Source: Octopus vulgaris (Eukaryota). Taken from it: a stretch of 64,000 nucleotides of DNA. Below are positions 1 through 13,212 of this stretch, one piece after another. The position numbers and the translations under genes are program-made. The first letter of the stretch is position 1; each line of letters begins with the position of its first letter. The stretch covers positions 79,236,001 to 79,300,000 of the forward strand of contig OX597823.1 in assembly GCA_951406725.2 (NCBI GenBank), written 5' to 3'. The notes below the pieces were generated by a model. The model saw nothing but the letters and a program-made list of their open reading frames with translations, had not been told where the DNA came from and made no database searches.

Positions 1-33
1 GTATGTATGTATGTATGTATGTATGTATGTATG

Positions 34-706
34 TACTAGCTGAGGTACCAGGTATTAAATTACCTTTAATAAGATAGCTGTTTATACCTATGAAACATTT
101 TTCGTCAAATTTCGACATTTTTCAAAAATTTTACATCTATATTAATGGGTAGGAGCAATGTGTCGAAAAATTGAGCAGCGTCTGGTAGCGAACCTGTGTC
201 GTCGTCACTTTTGTGCATGTGTGTAAAATGGCAAAGTTTTACGTTTTGGGGCAGATTTCGTCAAATTGATGTCAAAACGGCTAGCGTACAAAATGTCTAA
301 ATTTTGCTTGAGAAATAAAATCCGCTTACCTAATCAAAACCTAAAACGCTGTCGAATTAAAACAATGAATAGAAATAATAAGCTTAAGCAAATCAAAACA
401 ATTCGCATTGAAATGCAATATTAGCAAATGGTAAATAGATTACCGTTAATAAGCTGTCTGGTTATACCCATGAAACATTTTTCGTTAAATTTCGGCATTT
501 TCCGTCAAGTTGATGTCACAGTGGCTAGTACCAAAAATGTCGAATTTTTACGATTTTTTAAAAATCGATGCTGATATAAAATTAATGTTTTTAAAATTTC
601 AAGTGCATAAGTGACCGCATGGGCATAAGCCAAGTTTCATCAAGGTCTGTTGGATAGTCTCGGAGGAGTTAAAGTAAATTCATAAACACACAAACTTGCC
701 ATTTAT
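34..706 (+). mobile_element. Non-autonomous Helentron/DINE-1-like element (putative)
   Basis: Begins TACTAGCTGAGGTACC. Has internal direct repeats (~57-122 vs ~437-502; ~256-305 vs ~502-550) and a DINE-like CCAAGTTTCATCAA...CGGAGGAG block. Ends in a CACAAAC...ATTTATTATT tail. Confidence 0.45.
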
Positions 707-714
707 TATTATTA

Positions 715-800
<86 letters not shown>

Positions 801-807
<7 letters not shown>

Positions 808-1146
808 TAGATAAACTTAGATATGTTTCGACCAAAGATTGGTCCAGGCCATGTCTAACTTAATAGCATCACCTGATAGGATTATCTAAATCCTGTTTAA
901 GTCAATTTTGTTCAAGTTTTGTTTTGTGGTCCATTCAAGTAGTGAGTTTTTGTTGGGTGAGTTGTATCCAATTATGGGTGGCTTATCTGGTATTCCTTGG
1001 AGGAATCTATCCAGACTCCGTTTAAAGTTGATAGGATCCTTTTCCTCTTTGATCTCTTTCGGGACGATATTAAATAGGGCAGGGCCTGTTGAGGAAAAGA
1101 AATTATGTTGCAGTGTACATATATGCTGTTATCCTGAATTGGGCAG
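801..1146 (-). mobile_element. CR1-like LINE, 3' end fragment
   Basis: Minus strand translates to GPALFNIVPKEIKEEKDPINFKRSLDRFLQGIPDKP, homologous to the C-terminus of the LINE at 13.2-14.0 kb. Its 3' UTR has CATGGCC-hairpin-GAAAC and a 10-bp tandem tail (ATAAACTTAG x2 on +). Confidence 0.75.
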
Positions 1147-1148
1147 GG

Positions 1149-1179
<31 letters not shown>

Positions 1180-2735
1180 CATAGCTGCACCTTCGTTACA
1201 CAAGAAAAGCCATTGCCAAAAAGACTTACTGAAATGCTTTATTATTGATGCCATGCGATGCCCTCATATGACTTTTAAGCCTAGCCAAATTTTTGCACAT
1301 ATATTTTTTGTTGTGGCTGATTCTTGAAAGTAAGTCGTGTTGCAGCGTGTATATTACTTATGAGGTTTTTATAGTAATGGGTGTTGTGTGACATGTTGAT
1401 GTTGCGGTTGTTGTTCTGATGTCGGTACTAAGCGCTCAATATAGAAGTCACTGCCAGGCAGTCACCTCTATATTGTGTTGCATATAACTGGACACTAGTT
1501 TTATGTCTTGTTTTTCTACGATATATTTTTGTTTTGCTTTCTATGGTGGTTTAAGGCTTTTTCATTTGTTGTGTATGTTCTAGAAGTATGGCTTTAGACG
1601 TTGTTCTGTGCTTTGAAGAATTTGGCTATTTCATGTGTATAACAGGTTGCATTTTTGAGTTGCTTCGTAGGATACATCTTTTAGATGTAGCAATAATGAT
1701 TTTATTAAGTATATGTCAAATATATATACAGAAACACCATTAAAGTCGAATTCTGAAAACCTAGGCTCTGCCTTTTACTACCTTTCGTTTCAGACAATTT
1801 TTTTAATAATCTAAAAGTGCTCTTGCTTCCTTCATTAATGCACGCATGCGTAGTGAATGAAATATGCTTCCGAATAAAGTTACGCAATTTTTAGTCAAGT
1901 TTATTTAGCAGATAGGAGTGTTAAGCAGAATGTTTTGTCTTAGGAAGAGTTGTAGTTGGCTCGTTAAGGTATCTGTTTGCTTCTAGTATTGTAAATATAT
2001 GTGTAGAGGAACTGAGACAAAATCTAAAGAAATAAGCTAAAATATAGACAATTAAATAATTCTAGAAAAATCGATAATCAATCAAAAAATCCCTTGCTTT
2101 AATTACTTTCCTCGGTCTTTTGACAAATTGGATCTTAAAACAGAACATTCCAGATTTCATTAAATGTATTGACAAGATTATGTTTATTTAGTGATTTCAC
2201 TTTGGTAATTAGCTATTTAAATTTTACGACAAATGTCTTGAATGAAATTTAAGCCCGACACATTTAGAAGCCATATTAACATAATATTGATTTCCTCAAA
2301 ATAACTCCGTAATTTCTGAGACGAATAATATAATGCATTATTTGGTTGAAGTATCATATTATGCTTCGCTAATTTACCAGATAATTCAATCAACAAATCA
2401 TATGTTGTTCAAATTTTACAGATCAATCGAAGTTTATTAGTAATTTTGCACATAGCTCGAGTATTCTCTGTTAAGGTCCAAATTTTCCACCTAGCAAGCT
2501 ATGCAATTGTGGCCAGTCAGAATAAATTTTATCTCTCTAATCATGAAGGATTTGGAGTTTATGATTCAGTATTTATTGTAGACTGTTCTTAGGTGCTTTC
2601 TTATAAGATACACTTTATAAAATGTTGCACGTGACATAGCATCGTGAGTGGGAAAATATTTTCAGGAAAATGGAAGAGACACCATTAACTGAAAATTGAT
2701 TATTTAACTTAAACTCCGTTGGTTATCATTGCATC

Positions 2736-2786
2736 ACGTTTCTGATGAGGAGCGTGATGCGATGTTTGAAACAATCTGTGAATTGT
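2736..2786 (+). ncRNA. Degenerate hammerhead ribozyme remnant
   Basis: CTGATGA (2742-2748), a wobble-rich stem II and GAAAC (2768-2772). The cleavage triplet is GTG and stem I is weak, so it is probably inactive. Confidence 0.4.
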
Positions 2787-2884
2787 CGTTGTATATATTT
2801 TCATTCGTTATTCTTAACTATTACAAAATATTATTGAAGCTGTTGTTTTCGCATAGATCTAGTTCAATTTTGATTGAAAAAATA

Positions 2885-3450
2885 TTGGGTTGTCCGGAAA
2901 GTTCGTGCCGATTTATGGTAGATTACCTTTCGACTTATTTTAGAACATGGTTGAGTCCATAAAATAGGATTTGACTACACCTCCATTTAGAGCACAGTTT
3001 AAGCTATCTTTTCGTGGAAGAATGTTTATGTTCCTATAACCTGTGTTAATTCTATAACCCTTTAAAATAGAAGATAAGAAAGTTCATTTTCAGCACTTTA
3101 TGCTTTGGGAAGCAGACAAACATTGCTGCAGCTCGGCTGGGATGTGTTACCCCACCCTCTATATTCACCGGATATTGCTCCTTCGGATTTCTACTTATTC
3201 AGGTCTCTGCAGAATAGTCTTAATGGTAAAAATTTCAATTCCTTGGATGATGTAAAAAGATACCTTGATGAATTATTTGCCATGAAACCACTTCAATTCT
3301 GGGAAGAGGGTATTTTCAAGTTAAAGGAAAGATAGAGACGCAATGTGGAACAAAATGGTTCATATTTGGTTGATTAAAAATGTAATGGCAAGTATTTATT
3401 GACCTTTTTCTTTCCTTTAAAAATCGGCACGAACTTTCCGGACAACCCAA
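2885..3450 (+). mobile_element. Internally deleted mariner transposon
   Basis: Perfect 30-bp TIRs (2885-2914 / 3421-3450) flanked by TA. ORF 3105-3335 carries LPHPLYSPDIAPSDFYLF, the mariner YSPDLAPSD motif. Confidence 0.92.
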
Positions 3451-3499
3451 TATATACTCAAAGACATTTTAGTAGCAGTGATTCGTTATTTTGTCTTTT

Positions 3500-3935
3500 G
3501 TTTAAGGCATATCTACGTGGTTATGAATTCGCTTTACGATCAAATCTTTTGGGTTCAATCCCACTACATGTTACCTTAGTCTACTATGATTTACTATAGC
3601 CGACCAATGTTTCGTGAGTAAATTTTATGGACGGAAATTATGAAAGCCCGTGATTTGTGTATATGTATATGTGAGTGCGTGAGTTTCTGCCTATTTGTGT
3701 GTGTGTGTCGGGTGGTGTTTATGCATGTGTATCTCATCGTTTACCTTTGATCCCCATAGCCATTTGAAAACCGGAGCTGGTTATTTTTACGTCCTCGTAA
3801 TTCTCAGGTTCCGCAAAAGTGCCGATAGAGTAAGTACCATATTTAAAAAGTAATCACTGAGGTCATTTTGTTCGATTAAACGTTTCAAGATGGTACCCCA
3901 GCGTGGCTCCAGTCCAATAAGTGAACACAAAACCC
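3500..3935 (+). mobile_element. SINE family A, old degenerate copy
   Basis: Diverged match to the SINE at 17575-18021 (GGGTTCAATCCCACT...CCCAGCGTGGCTCCAGTC). Confidence 0.6.
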
Positions 3936-4130
3936 CAAAAAATAATAATGAAAAGGTGTGTAAAAGGTATGTAGGACTATACTGTCTGGTGTTATTAAAC
4001 AGATCAGGTGAGATCCATTAAAATAGATACGAATTATTACATTTACACAGATTAATATTACTACATATATAGCACACTTAATGTGTAGACATGTTTTCCG
4101 CAAGTTCTTATGCGTAACATTTATAAACGA

Positions 4131-4189
<59 letters not shown>

Positions 4190-4344
4190 CAAATTTACAG
4201 AAAGTATATGACGAAGACAGATGAAGGAACTACAAGTATGTGTATTCGTTTAGCGCTCAGGAAGAATGACAGAGTCTTTGAAGTCTAGAGCCTGCGCTCT
4301 TCGACAAAGAGAAACCGGAGAGAGAAAACGGAGAGAAAACGTAT

Positions 4345-4349
4345 CTATG

Positions 4350-4381
<32 letters not shown>

Positions 4382-4670
4382 CATGCATGCATGTATGTAT
4401 GTATGTATGTATGTATGTATGTATGTATGAATGTATGTATGTATGTATGTATGTATGTATGTATGTATGAATGTATGTATGAATGTATGTATGTATGTAT
4501 GTATGTATGTATGTATGTATGTATGAATGTATGTATGTATGTATGTATGTATGTACGCATGCATGCATGTATGTATGTATGTATGTATGTATGTATGTAT
4601 GTATATATGTATGCATGAATGTATGTATGTATGTATGTATGTACGTATGTATGTATATATATATGTACAT
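4345..4670. repeat. (TATG)n microsatellite
   Basis: Direct reading; source of the YIHT/MYVC pseudo-ORFs. Confidence 0.97.
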
Positions 4671-5556
4671 CTGAGCGTTAACTTTAATCCAATGTGTATG
4701 TATATAGAAGTTTTATTTTAAATATGAGATACATAACGATTGAAATTTTTGGTGAATTCGGTTTGCAGAGTAATTTTATATCAAAAGAGAAGAATGGAAA
4801 AAATGTCGTATACTTTTGATACGCCAAATATTTATAAGCTTATGTTTGCATATTTACAGGCTTGTAAATGTCTGCATATCTATAAAATCACATAAATAAA
4901 CCGATATAGAAAATATGGAAGACATTTACTTATGAAATAAGATATTGTGGCTATTAGTTTATATTTCAGTTAATATTTCTGATTTGTTTATGCACTAAAA
5001 TTACTTTTACTAAAATAATTATAGAAAACAATTTTATGGCGGTGTTTTTCGATTTTCCGTAATTTTCATTACAATTCATATGATTCTGTTTTTCTTCTTC
5101 GTTTTTTTTATTTTTCTTGCGCATTTCAGTATTAATTCTTTGCTTCAAAGTGGTGAGCTGACAGAATCGTTAGACTGCCGGACAAAATGCTTAGCGGCAT
5201 TTCTTCCGATTTTACGTTCTCAGTGCAAAAGCCGCCGAGGTTAACTTTACACTTCGCCCTTTCAGGGTCGATGAAATCCACTTGCCCTATTCCCCGAAAT
5301 TCATGGCACTGTGCCAAAATTTGGAACGAATGTTAGTCTCTTACTTATTAAGCAATCTGTTTTTATGGGCATAATATCCAAATAATATAAGCATTCGGAG
5401 TGAATTCTTTTCAGAATAAAGTGTGAATTGTAATAATAATTCAATAGTATCACTATATGTCTCTCTCTCTATCTCTCTTTCTCTTTAATTATCTCTCCAA
5501 CACACACACACACACATCATAGCATACATATTTATACATCCAATCACATACATGCA

Positions 5557-5598
<42 letters not shown>

Positions 5599-5861
5599 TA
5601 TATAGATATACATACATACAGGCTCACCTACATGCAAATGTTTGTGTGTGTATTTAAGTGTGTGTCAATGCCTGTGAAGGTATGTATATATTTTCATATG
5701 ATAATAATCGATATATATACCTTTATATTTTCTTATATTTATACATACATACATTCATACATACATACATTCATACATACATACATACATACATACATAC
5801 ATACATACATTCATACATACACACATACATACATACATACATACATACATACATACATACA

Positions 5862-5894
<33 letters not shown>

Positions 5895-5930
5895 TTATAA
5901 GAAAAGACGACGAAGTTATGAATCATTATC

Positions 5931-6028
5931 TGATTATCTTATGAACTTTATTATCTTAAAGCAATGATGAGTCCGCGGCATTTCATGGCAGAAACAGCTT
6001 TGAGGTAATGAGGTTTTTAAGATAATGG
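5931..6028 (+). ncRNA. Degenerate hammerhead inside a short inverted repeat
   Basis: aTGATGA-GTCC...ATGG-ca-GAAAC-AGCT at 5964-5999, between imperfect inverted arms 5931-5962 and 5997-6028. Confidence 0.4.
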
Positions 6029-6680
6029 TTCATTCTTTTGCCATTTTATATTTTTTTACTGCTCTGTAGTCAACAGACGCAACGCTTCCTTCTGGAGTAT
6101 ACTCAATTCTACACCAATTTATTATTCTTCCAATGCCTCGGTGATATGTATGTATGTGTGTGTGTCGGTTAGTTGTTGTTTCATCGTTGTCAAAATTGGT
6201 AGGAGTTGACTACACGAGACATACAGAAAGATTTAACATAAGATGCGCAGAATAGATGCTTGGTGATAGGCGATGAGTGAAATAATGCTACATACATAGT
6301 GAGAGAGAAAAAAGGTCATAGAGATGGCAGAAGATGGGGGGGACGGGGAGTAGGTAGAGAAGGAGCAAGAGGAGTGGAGTTGCAGGAGAAGCAGAAGAAG
6401 AGGAGGGAGGAGGGTGAGCAAGAGGGGAAGGCGGAGGATATGACAGTGTAGCTATGGCGGATAAATACATAGATGCACATATGAAACGAAAGATGATTTA
6501 ATGTAAAAGGCTACCAATTTATAAATTTGAATATCAAACAAATGCATCAAATGTATGAAACTTCGTTTATATATCATTGGAGAAAATTAATTTTCACTTT
6601 GTTGATTCTGTTTTATGGAAGTTCACACACACACTCACCCGCTATTTCTCGCTGTAAAGGTATGCCTACCTACCGACCAA

Positions 6681-6738
<58 letters not shown>

Positions 6739-6751
6739 ATCTATCTATTTA

Positions 6752-6807
<56 letters not shown>

Positions 6808-6849
6808 CCTTTCTTTCTTTCTATATATATATATATAGTTTCAAAAGCT

Positions 6850-7454
6850 GTCATAGCCGGGAGTGGTAGCAGGGGTAAGATCCCACTGCCTACAAAGTGC
6901 TCCTACGACGTGCGTCTCAAATAGCCTCTGACAGTCAAGTCCAACTCCTGGCCTTCCCGCGGCGAAACTGTTCCCACTGACAGGAGAAGGGGCAAAGGCG
7001 AGTCACTGGCGCCTTAAAACGAGTTGCTTCGGGTAGTTGGGACTCGATAGCCTTGACTGGCAGCCCAACTAGGAGAGGGAAACTCCGATTTCAAACCTCC
7101 GCTGCCTTGCCGCAAGACCCCCTCATGGGGAAGGCTAAGGGAGTAACCCCCGACAGAAAATCTGGAGCTGGAGTCCCTAAGACGGCCTGACACAACACGT
7201 CATCACCGGCAACTCCTGCGACGCATCTGGTACCAAGCTGTATCGACCAGTCGTTCCCTTGGAGCTACCAGCTGCGTGGAGAGGGGGGGATAAAACTGCA
7301 TGGACAGCAGCTGATCCCTCATATAAACCTGCTTAGGCCTTGTAGCTCAACAGGAAAAGGTGATTGGTCTGCACAGCCACACCAGGAAGTGCAGATAGAC
7401 CCACCACCTTTTCCGAGCTACACCATCGTCTCTCGAGACGGACGGATACCGACG

Positions 7455-7456
<2 letters not shown>
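6850..7456 (+). mobile_element. Internally deleted RTE-clade LINE (5' UTR joined to 3' end)
   Basis: GC-rich RTE-type 5' UTR (GGCAGCCCAACTAGGAGAGGGAAACTC...). It ends with the coding remnant VIGLHSHTRKCR* (RTE C-terminal zinc-finger end) and the 3' tail CCATCGTCTCTCGAGACGGACGGATACC. Flanked by (TA)n. Confidence 0.7.
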
Positions 7457-7520
<64 letters not shown>

Positions 7521-8569
7521 ATGTGTATATATAAACACATATATACATATGCATATAGATATATACATATATGTGTGCGTGTATGTAAGTGTGCAGGTTG
7601 TCGAGCGGTAGTATGGAACACAGTCACAAGTACACGCTCAGACACACGCAAACACACAATCATATGACAGGTTTCTTTTCAGTATCCATCTACCAAATCC
7701 TCTCGCAAGGCGTTGGTCATCCCATGGCCATAGGAGAAGACACTTGCGCAAGGATACACGTAGTGGGACTGAACCTGGAACCATATGGTTGGAAAGCAAA
7801 CTTTTTATTACATAGTCATACAAGTGGAAAAAATCGAGGAGAGAATGATCCAAATTTCCTTTTTCCCTGACCATGGAAAAAACATTAGAAGCAAAATTAT
7901 AATCATGTATTTTCTAGAAACGTTATGAGGAAACAAATTTGGTGGGGCACTAACCTGATTATATGCAACACAGACATATTCATATATGCGTTTGCGTGTC
8001 TCTGAGTAAGAGTGTGTATGTGGGGCAGGCGAAATCAGTAATATATATATAAATATACTTCAATTTTTATAAAGATCCGAGGATTCCACCCGAGTGTCAC
8101 TAATACCTGTAATTATTAAGATTAATGAAATTTACTTCATTTTCGTTTTACAGAATATGTTACAAATAACGAAACAGCACACTTGAGAAATTCTGTAGAC
8201 ATTCTAGGATTGTATAATGCTTCTATGCGGTCCTTGTGTTCCACTTAGGCAGCCGACAACAGGAAGAGAAGGAATGAGTGTAACTATGACGTAACCTTAA
8301 GCGCAGACGATATATTGTTATAGCATGAAATATTTTTTTCAGTGTCGAATTCTGAAGAAGTAGCAAAACATAACGCCAGTATACAGTTTATCCATCTTTC
8401 AAAATATGTTTTCCTTCTCATTTAAAAGGAATTCCTTTTGTATTAAAAATTCGAAATACTAAGCAGTTTATATGTCATCTCTAAACAAGCACATCTTATT
8501 TATAATGCTTGGATCATATCAAGTGAAACGAATCTAACTCAAATTTATGTGCAATTCTCTTTTTTAATT

Positions 8570-8805
8570 GGTTGTAAACTGTCAATCTAACAAGAACGTG
8601 ACAGTAGGGGGTATATAAATGTATATAAGGACACAGGGAAAAATGTGTCAAAGCCATCAGGAGGCGTTCGATGCTTCCTAGGGCTATACAGCGGTGGTGT
8701 ACCCCCTACTGTCACGTTCTTGTTAGATTGACAGTATACAACCATTCTATCGCCCCACCACCGTACATGTCTCTACGAGAGATTTAGAAATTCAATATTT
8801 CTTCT
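8570..8805. mobile_element. Hairpin/MITE-like repeat (family shared with 14040-14198)
   Basis: 44-bp inverted arms 8570-8613 / 8700-8743 with one mismatch. Confidence 0.75.
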
Positions 8806-8914
8806 TTTTTAATTGATTAATGGAAATAAATTATAGTAGCAACTAAGTAAGAAACGCAACGGAAATTGACGTAGGCAAAGAGAACTTGGTAAAAGCTGAG
8901 TTAAAATTATTGTA

Positions 8915-9128
8915 TACTCTTTTATTGTTTTACTGCCTTCAGTCATTTGGCTGCGGCCATACTGGAACACCGCCTTTAGTCGAACAAATCGACCCCATGA
9001 CTTATTCTTTGTAAGCCTAATACTTATTCTATCGGTCTCTTTTGCCGAACCGCAAAAGTCACGGGGACGGAAGCACACCAGCATCTGTTCTCAAGCGATG
9101 TTGTGGGGACAAACACACACACACATAT

Positions 9129-9160
<32 letters not shown>

Positions 9161-9268
9161 GACGGGCTTCTTTCAGTTTCCCTCGACCAAATGCACTCAC
9201 AAGGCTTTGCCCAAGGTGCCACGCAGTGGGACAAGCAAGCTACTTACCACACAACCACTCTTGCGCCT
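8915..9268 (-). mobile_element. SINE family A (with internal deletions)
   Basis: CAGTCATTTGGCTGCGGCCAT tail, central (CA)/(TA) tract and tRNA-like head. Confidence 0.85.
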
Positions 9269-9277
9269 ATAAAAGTG

Positions 9278-9371
9278 TGCCCCAGGTGAGGAACGAACTA
9301 ATGACCTTCAGATTTCTCTGTTTACGTATTTGATTATGAGACTGACGCGCTGCCTACTGCGCTACTGAGGC
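9278..9371 (-). tRNA. Intron-containing elongator tRNA-Met(CAT), possibly a pseudogene
   Basis: Minus strand reads GCCTCAGTAGCGCAGTAGGCAGCGCGTCAGTCTCATA[21-nt intron, 9314-9334]ATCTGAAGGTCATTAGTTCGTTCCTCACCTGGGGCA. The acceptor stem is intact, the intron is at canonical 37/38 and a TTTT follows. There are two T-stem mismatches. Confidence 0.85.
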
Positions 9372-9530
9372 CACCATACCGAGGCCATCATATGTCTTAT
9401 TACCTGATATTACTCATGCGCATAAAAGTTTACTTTCAAATATACCTGTCTAGTACATACGTGAAAGTATACACATACGCATATTCATATATATATAAAC
9501 AGATAGATAGATAGATAGATAGATAGATAA

Positions 9531-9690
9531 GTTTCTTTATTGGCCACACAGGGCTGCACACAGATGGGACAAGTTACAAGGTAGAGTTTTTCTTTTGGGG
9601 GATGAAAAAAACAAAAAACAAAAGAAACAAAAAAGGGGGCGGCGTAGGTTTTCGATCAAGAGGGATCGTAAAAGGGAAGAAAAGAACAAA
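9531..9690 (-). mobile_element. 3' end of a retroelement embedded in (GATA)n (family shared with 56427-56608)
   Basis: Homologous to 56427-56608. Minus strand ends ...CAGCCCTGTGTGGCCAATAAAGAAAC. (GATA)n lies on both sides. Confidence 0.7.
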
Positions 9691-9840
9691 AAAAAAATAA
9701 TAAATAAATAAATAAAATAAAAAATTAAAAAATAAAAATAAAAAATATAGATAGATAGATAGACAGATAGATAGATAGATAGATGTTTTATTGCTGTAGA
9801 ATTTGACTTTTTACCAAGCGTAGGTAATAAAAAACAAATA

Positions 9841-10089
9841 TTGGGTTGGTGCATAATTATTGCGGCTTTTTGTCAACAAATTTTAATCAACAAAAACCAA
9901 TAACATTTAACAAAATCTTCTTTAAATGATTATTCCGGAGCATATTCACCATTTACTTCAACTACTGCTTTCCCATTTGCTTGGCAGACGGTCAGCCCGT
10001 CATTTCAAGATGTTTTTGTAAAATATTGTTATTGTTTTGTTTAATAAAATTTGTTGTAGAAAAGCCGCAATAGCTATGCACCAACGCAA
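9841..10089. mobile_element. Mariner-derived MITE
   Basis: 30-bp TIRs TTGGGTTGGTGCATAATTATTGCGGCTTTT / AAAAGCCGCAATAGCTATGCACCAACGCAA, with TA on both sides. Confidence 0.85.
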
Positions 10090-10672
10090 TATTTCTTCTC
10101 AAGTACCTCAGGAACATTCTGGATGTCTTATATATATAGAGAAACAAGGTTTGCCTTGTTTTAACATTTTGAGCATACTCTTACGTTTACGTTTGATTCA
10201 ACTTGGGTGTCCGCCCATAAGACAAATAAGAACAAATAATAACAATACAATAATGGTTGAACAGAAAACAAACTCAAGTAGAAAAAAAGTTAATTACTCA
10301 ACAGGACATAAATATACGAAAGGAGGAAATGTTAATGACTTTCTAATGGGAAACAGCGATAATAATTGAATAAAATTCCAAGGAAAACAACGACAACAAT
10401 CCAAACATATACAAACAAGTTTCGCCATAGAAGGAAAACTGAAAATAACATTTTTTGTCTTTCACAAACACAGTCAGGATTATATATTAACCGAGAGAGA
10501 AAAAGCTGCTTTGTAGGATTTTGTGACGAAAAAGATAAAATAAGTACGAGTTCAACTGTGGGATCGATGTAATCGACTTCTTCCTTCCCCTGAGCTTGAT
10601 CGCCTCATGCCAAAATTTGAAATAATTTATTATCATTATTATTGTTGTTGCTGATGTTGTTGTTATTATGAC

Positions 10673-10774
<102 letters not shown>

Positions 10775-10796
10775 CAATATCATTATTATTATTGCG

Positions 10797-11386
<590 letters not shown>

Positions 11387-11387
11387 A

Positions 11388-11705
<318 letters not shown>

Positions 11706-12359
11706 CTATTTTTATTTATTTATTTACAAGATGCAGATTGTACTGTAAGTCCCCAATCATTTGATAGAAAATAAATATTCTCATCTTGCTCATAGGTAAG
11801 TAAACGTTCCCATCACCACCATTAATTTGTTCCATTTATTTACTCTCCGCATACTACATAACCGCCATATTATATAACAGCCATTATAAATGTTGCTACA
11901 CTATCGTCCACCCGACATTTCTACACTTATGCTGCCTAGCTTTCAACGAAAATCTTTTTTCTCTCAAGTACGATTTATTTTTCTTTGCTTAGATTATTTT
12001 CTTTTCTCATCGTGGTAGCAATGAAAAATATTGAGTTATTTATTAGGGATGACGCTTTTAGCAAGAACATTTTATAATTGGGATATTCCTCAAGGACAAG
12101 CCTGGTTATGATTAAACATACATTCTTCATTACATAACAGATACTACAGCCGTATTACAGGAATCTTGTCTCGTCTACAAAATGGTCGCTTTTAAATACA
12201 CTGACCTGCATAGGGGAGAAGTGTTAAGCGAGTTGTTTCAGTGTCAGCAACAAGGGGAAGGCATCATATATATATATATATATATTTAAAAAAAGGAGAT
12301 GTCGAACACGAGTGGTGATATATAAAAAAGGAAATGAAGAAAATTTTCTTCATTTCCTT

Positions 12360-12420
<61 letters not shown>

Positions 12421-12495
12421 TATACACATATATATGCAATTATATACATATATATATATGTATATATACATATATATATACACACACACACACAA

Positions 12496-12538
<43 letters not shown>

Positions 12539-12552
12539 ATATATATACTAAT

Positions 12553-12792
12553 ATATTCTGTTGTATCTGGGGAGAATCATTCTCTTTTGGTAGTTTATAG
12601 TTTAACACACTCACCTGTAAAATTTCCCCTTATTTCTTTTCTATTCTTCTAAATTTTTTCGTTGAAGATGTTGCAAAACGCAATGAAAATTTTAGAAATA
12701 TATAAAAGAAATAACTGGAAATTTTAGCGGTGAGAGTGTTGAATTATAAGGCACCAAAAGAGAATGACTCTCACCAGACACAACAAATTATG
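12553..12792. repeat. Imperfect ~110-bp-arm foldback
   Basis: GGAGAATCATTCTCTTTTGGT...CTCACC..AAATTTCC is mirrored by GGAAATTT..GGTGAG...ACCAAAAGAGAATGACTCTC. Confidence 0.75.
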
Positions 12793-12891
12793 CTTCAACA
12801 CACGAAGTCACATAAAAATCTTGCAAACTAAATCCAAAAACGAAAAATACATATATATGTATTAATGTATTTATGTATGTATGAATATATA

Positions 12892-13110
12892 TGTGATCTC
12901 TTAAGCACCACCAGCTCAAATATTGTCTCCTCTGTCTTCCCTCCTTGGGATATTTCCTTCACCTTGTTTCCGACGAAGAGCTCCGCTCGAAACGTTAAAC
13001 CCTCCTTCCCTTCTTTCCTGAGCGTCAATAATACTTTAATTGTTCCACGTCCTGCGTTGCTGTGTTTTTTTTTCTCTTTTTTTCTGTGTTTTCTTGTTTG
13101 GATTAACAAT
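12892..13110 (+). mobile_element. Short hammerhead-bearing element, family F
   Basis: Homologous to 16428-16632 and 57183-57340 (both minus strand); abuts (TA)n. Confidence 0.8.
12966..13000 (+). ncRNA. Minimal type I hammerhead ribozyme (C4 variant)
   Basis: Stem I GTTT/AAAC; core CCGACGA+A; stem II GAGC-TCC-GCTC; GAA; palindromic stem III ACGT; GUU cleavage triplet. Confidence 0.65.
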
Positions 13111-13147
13111 ATATATGTATATATATATATATGCATATATATATATG

Positions 13148-13212
<65 letters not shown>

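Noticed and set aside
815-860. Hairpin plus GAAAC on the minus strand suggesting a hammerhead
   Set aside because: No CUGANGA-like core; better explained as the CR1-like LINE 3' stem-loop.
908-1327. 139-aa plus-strand ORF
   Set aside because: Antisense to a LINE fragment and runs through (TA)n.
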